A DNA stretch of 64,000 bases from Naegleria gruberi (lineage: Eukaryota), in the NCBI GenBank assembly GCA_000004985.1, contig GG738851.1. One strand, 5' to 3'. The position numbers and the translations under genes were made by a program. This document shows positions 53,876-64,000 of the stretch, in pieces. The notes under the pieces are model-generated. The model worked only from the letters and a program-made list of their open reading frames with translations. It did no database searches and was not told where the DNA came from. The first letter of the stretch is position 1; every line of letters starts with the position of its first letter.

Positions 53876-55444
53876 ATGTCAAGCAGCAGACCAACAAGAG
53901 AAAGAAGATTACCAATTCACTTGGAAGATTATATTGTTGGTGAATTAGATTTACGAAAGAATTATGAAAAGGAAGAAAAGAAGAAACAAAAATTATTATT
54001 AAAGAAGAAGGCTGAAATTTCAAAGAAGGAACAAGCTGAAAAGAGAAAGAAAGAAGCCATGGAAGCAACAAAGAAAAAGAAGGAAGCTGTTAAAAAATCT
54101 ATTAGAAAAAAGCCATCTTCATCATATTATACTTCATCTTCAACAACAATTTCTAAAAGATCTTCATCCGCAATTACACCATATACAGATTATAATAATC
54201 CAAAATTTAAAGTTTTTACATCAACATCTGAAGCAAGAAACAAATTAATTGAAAAAACACCTGGTAATAAGATTTTAAAAGGATCAGATGATGCTTCTAA
54301 ATGGTCAATGTCAAAATTAGATTCATCAATTAGATACAAATCACTTAATATTTCAGATATTTTAAGTGGATGTTATTATGTACCAGGTAATAATCACAAA
54401 TTAGATACAACTGGTAGTGATAGAGTACCCACAGTTCAAATTTGTTTTTCATTTGATACAACTGGTTCAATGTCTTCATATTTAAATAATTTGAAATTTA
54501 AATTACAAACTATTTGTCAACAATTAATGAATGATGTTAGAGGTTTAGAAATTGCAATTATTGCACATGGTGATTATGAAGATTCTAAAGATAACGGTTC
54601 ATATTGTTTATACAAATTAGATTTTACAACAGATATTGAACAAATTATTTCATTTGTTCAATCAATTAATTCAACAAGTGGTTATGATGGAGATGAATGT
54701 TATGAAGCTGTTTTATTAGAAGCTCAATCTTTATCTTGGGTTAATGTTGAAAATACATTTACAAATAGATCACTTGTTGTAATTGGTGATGCTGATCCTC
54801 ACAAATCAAATGAATGGTTTAATATTGATTGGAAACAAGAAACAAGTAATTTATTTGATAATCATCATGTTAAAATTCATAGTGTTAGATGTGGTTCATC
54901 TTCATGGTCAACAAAAGATTTTTACAAAACAATTTCGGAAGAAACAGGTGGATCTGAATATTTATTAGATACATTTGAAAAAACAATTGAAATGTTTTGT
55001 GGTTTAATTTATAGAGAAGCTGCTGATAATATTATGATGAATGATACAACAATGCAAGCACATATTGATGGAGCAGTTTCAGGTGAAGTTACAATTGTTA
55101 AACCAACAATGTCTTCAAGTGATAAGATGATTGATGATGGTGAAAAGAGTGATGATGTTACATCATTAGGTTCATATATTGTTACAGATGATGATATTTT
55201 AAAGATTCACACTGCAATTCATAGTACTTGTACAGAAGTTAAAATTAATGGTATTGAATTTGCAATTCAAATGAATGAAAGTTCATGTAGATTTGTAAGA
55301 GTTGATGGAGTTGTCTATATTGAACAAAATAAGGAAAAGAAGACTAAGTATGCCAAGATGGCTTTAGAAGGAAAGAAATTAACTTGGATTTGTCATGCTG
55401 GTAATTGGGGTCTTATCATTGATGATAAAATTGAAAAGAGATAG
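53876..55444 (+). CDS. von Willebrand factor A (vWA) domain protein with a K/E-rich N-terminal region
   Basis: MIDAS-like VQICFSFDTTGSMSSY...AIIAHGDYED...SLVVIGDADPH. Confidence 0.65.
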   Translation: MSSSRPTRERRLPIHLEDYIVGELDLRKNYEKEEKKKQKLLLKKKAEISKKEQAEKRKKEAMEATKKKKEAVKKSIRKKPSSSYYTSSSTTISKRSSSAITPYTDYNNPKFKVFTSTSEARNKLIEKTPGNKILKGSDDASKWSMSKLDSSIRYKSLNISDILSGCYYVPGNNHKLDTTGSDRVPTVQICFSFDTTGSMSSYLNNLKFKLQTICQQLMNDVRGLEIAIIAHGDYEDSKDNGSYCLYKLDFTTDIEQIISFVQSINSTSGYDGDECYEAVLLEAQSLSWVNVENTFTNRSLVVIGDADPHKSNEWFNIDWKQETSNLFDNHHVKIHSVRCGSSSWSTKDFYKTISEETGGSEYLLDTFEKTIEMFCGLIYREAADNIMMNDTTMQAHIDGAVSGEVTIVKPTMSSSDKMIDDGEKSDDVTSLGSYIVTDDDILKIHTAIHSTCTEVKINGIEFAIQMNESSCRFVRVDGVVYIEQNKEKKTKYAKMALEGKKLTWICHAGNWGLIIDDKIEKR

Positions 55445-55678
55445 GAAACCAATCCTTAAAAACCATAGTCGAGTGTAAATAAAACTTTAATCAAAAATTT
55501 TCGTAATTCTAAACGTTCCAATTTCAAACCGAGTGGTGGTATCAGATCCACTTGATGGAATTCTTTTGGAATGGCCTTGGACAGATTCCAATTCCTTATT
55601 TCTTCAATAAGGAATGGATGTAGTCCTAGTGTTTTTAAATTCTCTACTTATATGATAAAGAAAAAGATGGAAATGTAA

Positions 55679-55752
55679 GCAGCGATAGATCAGTTGGTTA
55701 GATCGTAAGCCTAACACGCTTAAGGTCGCGGGTTCAAGCCCCGCTCGCTGTA
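55679..55752 (+). tRNA. tRNA-Val(AAC)
   Basis: GCAGCGA-TA-GATC-AGTTGGTTA-GATC-G-TAAGC-CTAACAC-GCTTA-AGGTC-GCGGG-TTCAAGC-CCCGC-TCGCTGT-A. Clover-leaf pairing holds with a G1:U72 wobble. A and B boxes are present. No CCA is encoded. Confidence 0.9.
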
Positions 55753-55755
55753 ACT

Positions 55756-55764
55756 TATTTTTTG
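55756..55764 (+). terminator. Pol III T-run (TTTTTTT) after tRNA-Val
   Basis: ACTTATTTTTTTG lies immediately 3' of the tRNA. Confidence 0.5.
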
Positions 55765-55919
55765 TTTCTCGATTTATAAAGACCAGTAAATTTTAACGCA
55801 TTATTTTTGGCGCTAGAAACGTTTACAGATTTTCAAAAAAAATTAATGCTCTTATTGTACTAGAAAAACATCAACCAATTTTAAAACATCATCAACACTA
55901 ACAATATATTGGAAGCATA

Positions 55920-58178
55920 ATGCTAAGAAATAACGATTTTGGAGGGGCTACAGTTACCCAGACAAAAAAGATGTCTCACTTTACCCCAACCGATCAAAGA
56001 GAATTATACCGAGATGCAGTAAAACAACAATCATCAAATCCATTCAAATTGGAGAGAGTAGTAAATTATGATGGAATGTTCACGGAGCATGGTTCAAGCT
56101 TTAGATTTGGTACATCTCATAATTATAATCCAAATTATTTTCCTCCTAAAACATTTGTAAAAAGTGGTAGGAATGAGCCTCACATTGAAACAACTCTATC
56201 TGGACCTGACCGATATAAATTTTTCCATAGACCAGTTGTTGGACCTGTGAGTGAGAATGAATTTTTAAGCATGCCAATGAATGAAAAACATACAGTCTAT
56301 GTGACTGATAAACCATTAAAAACGGAAAGAGATGAATCTCAAGAAGAGATTGAATTCCAAGAGGAGGAAATAATATCTCAACCAAGAACTAGAGAAGCTG
56401 GAACACAGTCAATGTATAGAGAAAATGACACTCAAACCATGCCATACTTCCCACCAGTCAGACAAAAATCAGCAAAAACTAATGAAGTGGATTTGAACAA
56501 TCCATACAGTAATCAAAAGGAACGAGCTGTTATGAGACCAGGAGAACAAGTAGAAATGGACCCTGAAGATTACCCCGACTATATGAAAATGCATGATTTA
56601 GTTTTTGAGGATGGTAGGAATGGAGGATTTATTACTGAGGATCACATTAAAATTGTAGATAGAACGAGGAGAAGAAGAGAAGTAGAAGAACAACTGAAAA
56701 GAGTTGGACCAAATATTGATGAACAAGAATTTAAGAATCGAGTCAATATGTTAAAAGACCTTGAAATGATAGAATGGAAGGAAAGAGAGGAGGAAGTTGC
56801 CAAAATGCAGGAAAGGCAAATTGAGCATGTCAGAGCAAAATTTGAGGTTCGAGAACAAGTCAGAGAAATGAAGAGTAGTTCTAGGTTGGAATCAAGATTG
56901 AAAAAGATACAAGAAGAAACAAAAGAAAAACTTGCCAAGATTGAAAAGAAAAAGCTTAAAAACATCAGAAGAACGATCAAGAAGTTTGATAATCCTGAAA
57001 ACACACTTGAAAGAAGAGATATTCTATTCGAATATTCCTTCCCTGCCTCTAGGACCTATGCTCCAATGTTGAGAGATGGTCAAGTCTCGGCTCTCACAAC
57101 CATTGCATATGAAATTAGACCTGCTCTTTTGACAGATCCATTGGGAGTGGAAGAAGTTCAAATGAATCAAGTTAACAAATACCTGACCTCAGAGAATAGA
57201 AACCTCGATAAGGCTCTCCCCATTCGTGATAAATCAGGTGCTGTTGTCGTTGATCCTCTCAAGACAACAATCAATCCAGAAAATAGAAAGCAAAAGGTTG
57301 TAAAGGAACATTTACAATTAGCCATCAAGGAGCTTGAAAAGTTAAAGAATGTAAACGACATCCATGATCGTGTCAAGGAAGTGAAAGAAATGTACAAATC
57401 TACTCCTAGAATTACAAGACCTCCAACACCGACTTTGGAAGATGAAGGCTCTGAAACTGATGTCGTTTTTGATGATTTGGAGAATGCTGCTTCATTCATT
57501 CAAAAATTATTGAGAGGAAGAGCAGCTCAAGAAGAATTTTACGAGGGTAAAGAAAGAAGTATCGAGCTTATTAAGGAATTACAAGCTGTTGAAGAAATTA
57601 AACGAAAGGAAAGAGAACAAGAGAAATCTCACCACTTTAAAGAACAACAAAGAAGACAAAATCTCGACCAAGCAAGAGAAATTGTCATGGACAATATCCA
57701 AGGTAAACTCATCAGTAATGCACTTGACTTTTTATCTAAAGAGCTCATCAGACAAGATGAACTCAAAAGAGTCAAACAATTGGTTGAATTTGCAGAAAAG
57801 GAAAGACACCAAAGAGAACAAGAAGAAATCATTAGAAGAAAGCATGAAGAGGAGGCCAGAAAAAGAAAGGAAAAGATTCAATCAGAAACAATTCAAATTC
57901 ACACCGATACAGTTTCCACTTACCTTCTCGATATTTTCAATGCTTGTTCTGAAAGTTTAGCTGAAAGACAGGCCAGAGAAGAAATACTGCAGGAAAGATT
58001 GTCAGATGAAATACTCAAAGAACGTACAGTAATAACACCTGAAGAAGGAGCAATCAAGGATCTTGTCAAATCCTTCCTTTTACCACAAGTCAAGAGAGAA
58101 GTTCTCAAAAAGAAGATTGACGTTAATCAGAACAAGTTTTTGAATTCAGCCCATTCACTATTCCAATCCATAGAGTAA
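55920..58178 (+). CDS. IQ-motif, E/K/R-rich coiled-coil protein; possibly CFAP91/FAP91-like axonemal protein
   Basis: IQ-like ASFIQKLLRGRAAQEEF. The C-terminal half is a long charged coiled coil. The N-terminal region (FHRPVVGP...) resembles cilia-associated proteins. The family assignment is tentative. Confidence 0.5.
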   Translation: MLRNNDFGGATVTQTKKMSHFTPTDQRELYRDAVKQQSSNPFKLERVVNYDGMFTEHGSSFRFGTSHNYNPNYFPPKTFVKSGRNEPHIETTLSGPDRYKFFHRPVVGPVSENEFLSMPMNEKHTVYVTDKPLKTERDESQEEIEFQEEEIISQPRTREAGTQSMYRENDTQTMPYFPPVRQKSAKTNEVDLNNPYSNQKERAVMRPGEQVEMDPEDYPDYMKMHDLVFEDGRNGGFITEDHIKIVDRTRRRREVEEQLKRVGPNIDEQEFKNRVNMLKDLEMIEWKEREEEVAKMQERQIEHVRAKFEVREQVREMKSSSRLESRLKKIQEETKEKLAKIEKKKLKNIRRTIKKFDNPENTLERRDILFEYSFPASRTYAPMLRDGQVSALTTIAYEIRPALLTDPLGVEEVQMNQVNKYLTSENRNLDKALPIRDKSGAVVVDPLKTTINPENRKQKVVKEHLQLAIKELEKLKNVNDIHDRVKEVKEMYKSTPRITRPPTPTLEDEGSETDVVFDDLENAASFIQKLLRGRAAQEEFYEGKERSIELIKELQAVEEIKRKEREQEKSHHFKEQQRRQNLDQAREIVMDNIQGKLISNALDFLSKELIRQDELKRVKQLVEFAEKERHQREQEEIIRRKHEEEARKRKEKIQSETIQIHTDTVSTYLLDIFNACSESLAERQAREEILQERLSDEILKERTVITPEEGAIKDLVKSFLLPQVKREVLKKKIDVNQNKFLNSAHSLFQSIE

Positions 58179-58206
58179 GATTCATTACAATAAAATCTTT
58201 AAAAAA

Positions 58207-59819
58207 ATGAATCAACAGAGTTTTGCTGTCATTCACACAAAATTAAATCCATCATTAAATGATGTTCCAACAACATCATCAAATCATCACGATGCTCGGG
58301 ATTCCATCCGATCAATCACAAGTCAAAACGATTATAATTACATACAATTTTTAACAAGAACAGGAGATTCGTGTATTAATCAATCACTCTCTCCTTTACA
58401 AATTAAAATTCAAGTCAAATGTTGTGGATTATCAAAATTAGATTATCAAGTAAAGAAGGGAAATATTCCACAGTGGAAAATTGAAAAATCTCTCGAAATT
58501 AATTTAATTCCTGGATATGAAGTGAGTGGAGTTGTAGTTGAAATTGGAAAGGGTGTAAATTCTAGAGCATTATCTATTGGAGATTCGGTTATTGGTTTCA
58601 TTCCAATCCAACAATTGTCAAAAATTGCTAATTTTAATATTTCCAATGAGATAGAAGAGGATGAAACTAATGTAATGAATAATATTAATGTAGAATCATT
58701 GAATGGTGGGTGCTCAACCGAATGTATTGCTGATGCTCATTTATTTGTAAAAATTCCAAATGGAATGTCCTATATTAAGGCATCCAGTTCAATAATGAGT
58801 GGAATTAGAGCATATGATACTCTCTTTTTCAAAACACCATCCATTAGACAAGGTGATATCATATTTATTAGTGCAGGAGCAAGATGGGAACAGACCTATT
58901 TGTTGCAATTGGCAGTCTTGTTAACAAAATGTCGAGTAATTACAACAGTTCACACCGATGAGGAGATTAACTTTTTGAGAATGATTTCGTCAAGAATCGC
59001 CTCATCTCTCTCATCAAATATGTTAAATAGTGAGGAGGATTCTATTGAGGATAATGATAGATATGAAACAAGTCAACAAACACAACAACACCAATTAGGA
59101 ACTTCTCCACCCTATGATAATAGTATGTTTTTGAATTAGTATTTAGTTTTCATATTTTAATTGTTTACAAATTATTATTTTTGAAAACAATGATCGAATA
59201 GTGATGGATTCACAATTTGTTTCCTCAATCATGTCCCTCATGAAGAATGGTTCATCTGCCAATCCAATTACCATTCTTGATAGAAGGTTGTACGATACTA
59301 CAGATAAATTACAACAAGCCATCATGAAAGAAACAGAAGGTCAAGGAGTTCAGGTTGTTGTTTTAGGTGAATCAGTACTTCACACAAATTCTTCAGATTC
59401 ACTAATTCCAAACGAGAGAAGTGCCACAACTCAATACATTGACATGAGCTTGAATATTTTATCAGCTCATGGCTCATTGATTCTGTGTGATTATTCAGAT
59501 CAATTGACATCTTCCCACTTGAAATTCATGTTTGAGAAATCAATTACCATGAGTAATTGTTTTGAGCAGAATTATGTTTTGAGCTCCAACCTTATTGGAC
59601 GATATTTACGTAAGTTAACCTGTTAATGCTTTCTTTTCTCACATCAACGAAGATATTATGAGTGGAATTGTCAAGGATGTTTTTGAAGAGAAGATTGAAA
59701 TTCCTATCGCTCACTGTTTACCTCTCTCTTCAATAAGGGATGCCCACAAAAAGTTAGATGCCTCATTGGCTGCTAATTCATCTTCATCATTCATTGGAAA
59801 GATTATTGTCAAAATGTAA
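58207..59819 (+). CDS. medium-chain dehydrogenase/reductase (quinone-oxidoreductase-like); join(58207..59122,59202..59609,59653..59819)
   Basis: GroES-like LQIKIQVKCCGLSKLDYQ...PGYEVSGVVVEIGKGV...GDSVIGF. Rossmann GDIIFISAGA. Typical C-terminus SIRDAHKKLDAS...GKIIVKM. Two phase-1 introns of 79 and 43 nt (GTATGT...AATAG and GTAAGT...CGAAG). An unusual S/Q-rich insert is present. Confidence 0.75.
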
Positions 59820-60201
59820 TGTTATTATCAAAGAGAACGATGTACAAAAAGTAGTGTGAAATAAAACCCATTGTTTTTATAAGAGATTCCCAAAAGAAAT
59901 GAACAGCTAGCCCACTAGGTGTATTTGCCATTCATTTGGTGTTTATATCACACAGGTTTAACCAAAAAGTGCTGAATAAGAGAAAAGAGTCGAAAATTAT
60001 GATTGTTCCACAGGAAATATCATTCGGTATAAAATAGAATATAATACTAAGTTTACTTGAGCTTGGAGAACAAGGTTTCAGCAACCTATAGTTATATAAT
60101 GTATCCGCAAAAATGTTCAAGTCATCATCCGATTAATGTTCCAATGAATAATAATAATAAAAATATATATTTCATCATCGTATATTTTGTTATTGTTATT
60201 A

Positions 60202-60468
60202 TTATATAATAATTAGAAATCCTGAACAAAAACTACAAAGATTACATACACATGAATCAATACAAGTTCTCATATCAAAAGACCAAGATGAGCAGTTCTT
60301 TTCACCGGTTTCATCACCTTCAATTCTCTTACAACAGTTTTCATAATCAGTAACTTCTTGTTGACATCTCATGGTCTTACAAGTAGCACTGAGTTCGATT
60401 CTAGGATCAACGACTTCTTCTTCTTCGTCGTCTGAAGGAAGGACTTTGTAGACTGGTTTGGTGTTCAT
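60202..60468 (-). CDS. ubiquinol-cytochrome c reductase hinge protein (complex III subunit 6)-like
   Basis: Acidic N-terminus DDEEEEVVDP followed by paired Cys motifs (CKTMRCQQEVTDYENCC...CSSWSFDMRTC), matching the QCR6/UQCRH architecture. Confidence 0.55.
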   Translation of the reverse strand: MNTKPVYKVLPSDDEEEEVVDPRIELSATCKTMRCQQEVTDYENCCKRIEGDETGEKNCSSWSFDMRTCIDSCVCNLCSFCSGFLIII

Positions 60469-60871
60469 TTTTTGGAATTTTTTTATGGCGTTTACAAAAT
60501 TAAATTTTTTAATATTTTTTGAAAAATTGGAGTAAAAGCAACCAATTGGAAGCAAAAGAGGAAAAAATTGAGAGCACACTTAGCTCACCTTATTGAAGAT
60601 CATATTGTTGTTCATTTGATGATGTTGGAAGATATTAAGACTTTTAGATAGTAGAATTTCGGAATTTTTATTGGACAAGATGATGGAGGAATTACTATTA
60701 CTTCCGAACAAATATCAACATTTAATTTTCGATCATGAATATGGAAAATAAGTAATGGATTAACATTAAGATATGATTCAAAATTGATGATAATCTCAAA
60801 AAATCCAATCCTCAATTTTGGAATTTATTCATTTTGGAAGTAATCTAAAAGAAAAATCCATTCAAAACAAA

Positions 60872-61126
60872 ATGACTGGTCTGATTGCAAACTCAACTCC
60901 ACGTGTTGGATCTACCAACTCAATTATTGTCCTCATTATCAACATCTTCTTCCCAGGATTTGGTACCATGTTAGCTTCTCTAATCACTGAAGAAAAAGAA
61001 AAGATGCAACCAACTCTCATAGTTGGAATTTTACAGTTTCTTCTTTCATTCATTATTATTGGTTGGATTTGGGCTATTATATGGGGAATCAAAATAATGC
61101 ATGTTAGCAGAGAAGGTGCTATCTAA
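60872..61126 (+). CDS. small two-TM membrane protein
   Basis: An 84-aa protein with two hydrophobic helices (SIIVLIINIFFPGFGTMLASL and LIVGILQFLLSFIIIGWIWAIIWGI). Confidence 0.4.
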   Translation: MTGLIANSTPRVGSTNSIIVLIINIFFPGFGTMLASLITEEKEKMQPTLIVGILQFLLSFIIIGWIWAIIWGIKIMHVSREGAI

Positions 61127-61951
61127 TAATTGAAATGATAAAATCAAAACTCAATTGGTTCATTTGAAGAATGAAATTATTGAATCAATACTCTTCTCAA
61201 TTCTAATTCACTAGAACAGATAAAGAAAATTACTAAAGCTTAAATCTAAATATTATTCTCTTCATACTCACCATTTTAATAACAAATTATGGAATTAGAT
61301 ACACCATATCCAGTGAAATTCAACGAATATCGGTCCAAACCTCAAAAATGATACAACCATCAACTGTTTTCACAAATCAAGCCTCCCATACAACCATGAA
61401 ACAAATTCACAGGCTTACAATAACCGAAATCATTAGAGCACTATCTCCATACATCAAACAAGAACCACTCCTGATTGACATTATTTTAACAGCAAGGTTC
61501 AGTTGATGTAAGAATTGCTACCACCACACACAGCACAAACTTCTTTCAGCTTGAACCTGCTTGTGTTGAAGACGATAATAAAAAAAGTGCGCAACAAGAA
61601 CGAATCTTTTTCCCTGTCAAGCAAGAAAACAAGAATCTGCATCAACAATAACAAGGACAGCTTAAAAGGCTAGCTTGACAACAACAATATAATACAACAA
61701 TAATTTATCAACAACATTTACATCATCAACAAGATTTATCATACTTGATTCATTTTAATCATCAAATCATAGTGACTGCGTTATCGGATTCTTTTCCTTC
61801 ATCATCCACTCTTACCTTTTAGTATTTATTCCTTCAAGTTGAGAAATCCTTTTAAACTGGCAAGCTTAAAGTTTTGTTATTTTTCCAATTTGAACAATAC
61901 CAGAGAATAGAAATATACTTTTAATTGATCAATCACACATTCAAAAACAAA

Positions 61952-63898
61952 ATGATGAATAATTGTTCCCCTTCCGAAGACTCGATATTATGTGTGGAGA
62001 GAATGAACCATTCTTGTTATAACAACCACCATCATCACCACCACCACTTACAACACCTTACCTCTACTCTAGTCTCACCATCCTCTTGTCCAAAGTACAC
62101 TCATCCTTCACCTAACACACAAGTTTTTATCAAGACACTCTCTGGTAAAACAATGACACTTCTGGTTGACTTGAAAAAGGACACCATCCTTTCAGTCAAG
62201 GAAAAGATTTATCAGAAAACATGCATTCCTGCTCTCAAGCAAAGACTCATTCATAGACAACTACAATTAGAAGATCATAAGAAATTGAGTGACTACCCGA
62301 CCATTGATAAAGATTCCACATTCCATTTAGTATTACGTCTGGTTGCTGGAGTAAACACCAAGTCAGGCAAAAGTAGATCCAAAAAGACAATTCCAATCAA
62401 GACTGAAGATGGTGCTGATGCAATTTCTAATCAAATAACATCTGACAATAGTAGCACATCGCTGACACCAACAACAGCTGTTGTTGTTGCAGACTTGACA
62501 ATACCCAAGCCAGATGATGGAACAATTGATGCTTCCATCATTAATACTTCCTCTACCAACGAACTTGTTACAACGTCCTCATCATCTAATAATAACAATT
62601 CTACAACAACACCTGCCACCACTCGTAAATCAAGATCCAAGAGCAACGCTTCCACAAAAAAGTCCTCGAAAAAGTCCACATCCTCCTCCTCAACAACTGA
62701 AATTAAAGTGAAAGAAGAGCCAATGGAAAAAGATAACAACACGATAGTTTTGGCTTCATCAGATTTGAATAGTATACATTCGTCACCTTCAGAGAATTCG
62801 ACGAGTCCTTCATCCTCTACAATTCCATCTTCTAACTCTAATGCTTTAGAGGCATACTCAGACGAATCTGAGACAGATGAAGACGATTCCGATTCCGAAG
62901 GTGGTGGTAAGGGAAAAAGATCTGGAAAGAATAAGAAGAGAGGATCCTACACAAAGAGAGCCTGTATAAATTGTAGGACGGCTCACGCTGCCTGTGATTC
63001 AGGAAGACCATGTAAGAGATGCATTCAATTGGGAAAGGCTGACAGTTGTCGGGATGCTGAAAGAAAGAGAACCAAGAAGAGAACCTTGAATGAATACGAA
63101 AATGCTCCAGTATTCTTCCCATCTCTTGACTCGTTTATTCCTCTTTTGAGTGGCTTACAACCAGCTCCTCCTTTGGAAACTGTTCAAAAGAGTGATGATA
63201 CCTCCAACATGTCAACAAATTCAGAAACCTCTGAAAAGAAGATTAAGGATGAATTTACACCAAAATCTACCGCTAGAATTAAGAAGGAAAAGGAAAGTAA
63301 GAGAAAGAGTAAGAACCAATCCTCAAGCACTGAACAGAAGGTTGAAAGAATGGACATTATGGAAATTTCTCAACCAGAAAAACCATTGAATAGTGAATTG
63401 GCAGCCATCTTTGCTCCAGACACCGCACACTCCACTTTCTTAGATATGGAAAGTTCACCAACCACTGAGCAAGATGTCCAAATGTTCTTCAACGATGAGG
63501 ACATTTCATTGGACAAGAGAGGAGGTGATAATCTCTCAGAAGCATTCAATACAGGTGTTGTACTTTCACCAGAATCGAATAATAGCCAAATTGAAGAAGT
63601 TTTACCTTCTACAGCACTTGCTCTCGTTCCAAACAATCCAGACAACCAACAACTCATCTCCATTCTCCAATCCTACAATGGTACTCTTCCTTTCGACTTG
63701 ACTGAAGCAATTTCACAGAGCAACAATAATGAAATTGTCAAAATGTTACTCTATGAATATTTGAGACAATCACAAGAGCTTCGTGAATTGAAGCAATTGG
63801 TTGCCTCTCTCCAATTTACTCTCATTAATTTAAATCCTCCTCAATTTTCCCCTAACTCTAGCACTCCGTTGAATGACATTTCAAACAACACAATGTAA
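61952..63898 (+). CDS. ubiquitin-like domain protein with a Zn2Cys6 binuclear-cluster DNA-binding domain
   Basis: UBL: VFIKTLSGKTMTLLVDLKKDTILSVKEKIYQKTCIPALKQRLIHRQLQLEDHKKLSDY...HLVLRLVAG. Zn2Cys6: ACINCRTAHAACDSGRPCKRCIQLGKADSC followed by a basic linker. His and S/T/N-rich tracts are present. Confidence 0.7.
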   Translation: MMNNCSPSEDSILCVERMNHSCYNNHHHHHHHLQHLTSTLVSPSSCPKYTHPSPNTQVFIKTLSGKTMTLLVDLKKDTILSVKEKIYQKTCIPALKQRLIHRQLQLEDHKKLSDYPTIDKDSTFHLVLRLVAGVNTKSGKSRSKKTIPIKTEDGADAISNQITSDNSSTSLTPTTAVVVADLTIPKPDDGTIDASIINTSSTNELVTTSSSSNNNNSTTTPATTRKSRSKSNASTKKSSKKSTSSSSTTEIKVKEEPMEKDNNTIVLASSDLNSIHSSPSENSTSPSSSTIPSSNSNALEAYSDESETDEDDSDSEGGGKGKRSGKNKKRGSYTKRACINCRTAHAACDSGRPCKRCIQLGKADSCRDAERKRTKKRTLNEYENAPVFFPSLDSFIPLLSGLQPAPPLETVQKSDDTSNMSTNSETSEKKIKDEFTPKSTARIKKEKESKRKSKNQSSSTEQKVERMDIMEISQPEKPLNSELAAIFAPDTAHSTFLDMESSPTTEQDVQMFFNDEDISLDKRGGDNLSEAFNTGVVLSPESNNSQIEEVLPSTALALVPNNPDNQQLISILQSYNGTLPFDLTEAISQSNNNEIVKMLLYEYLRQSQELRELKQLVASLQFTLINLNPPQFSPNSSTPLNDISNNTM

Positions 63899-64000
63899 AT
63901 AAACAATATTTGGTTATTTAAAATTGACTTTATTCAAATACATCATGATTTTGTATTTTTCTTAAGCATTAATGATACGACGGTCTTATTTTAATACACG

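Noticed and set aside
1-64000. Giant-virus (mimivirus-like) or bacterial origin, suggested by AT-richness, dense intronless ORFs and the bacterial-style ORF track
   Set aside because: Multiple GT-AG spliceosomal introns restore frames. 5S rRNA and tRNA genes carry Pol III T-run terminators. The gene content is typically eukaryotic (p24, EXO1, RasGEF, F-box, RING/TRAF, complex III hinge). The TTG/GTG starts are artefacts of the ORF caller.

Overview
The window is AT-rich (roughly one-third GC), gene-dense nuclear DNA from a eukaryote; the organism cannot be named from sequence alone. There are no bacterial, phage or CRISPR features. It holds about 35 protein-coding genes on both strands, with 150-500 bp spacers. 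Most genes are intronless, and at least nine carry very short spliceosomal introns of 38-102 nt with GTAAGT, GTATGT or GTTYGT donors and AG acceptors. All three standard stop codons are used. Pol III genes are interspersed among them: two identical 5S rRNA genes in inverted orientation about 37 kb apart, a tRNA-Val(AAC), and a tRNA-Gly(GCC) gene split by a 378-bp insertion. Products recognised by motif include p24/GOLD, a protein kinase, a CH-coiled-coil-PH protein, a camello-like GNAT, two receptor-type class III nucleotidyl cyclases, EXO1, a subtilase, F-box proteins, a RING/TRAF protein, a RasGEF, two DUF4116-repeat paralogs, glycoside hydrolases, an ALKBH2-like dioxygenase with a PIP box, a vWA protein, an IQ/coiled-coil protein, an MDR oxidoreductase, a complex-III hinge protein and a ubiquitin-like-Zn2Cys6 protein. 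The main non-genic findings are a hAT-like MITE (16-bp CAG-initiated TIR, 8-bp TSD) at the stop codon of an LRR gene, the insertion in the tRNA-Gly T-loop (also with an 8-bp duplication), and an in-frame TAA interrupting an otherwise intact ~700-aa glycoside hydrolase gene. The gene content (RasGEFs, receptor cyclases, N/Q-rich tracts, Zn2Cys6, F-box/LRR) resembles an amoeboid protist. The ORF track's TTG/GTG starts are artefacts, so true starts were placed at ATG where possible.
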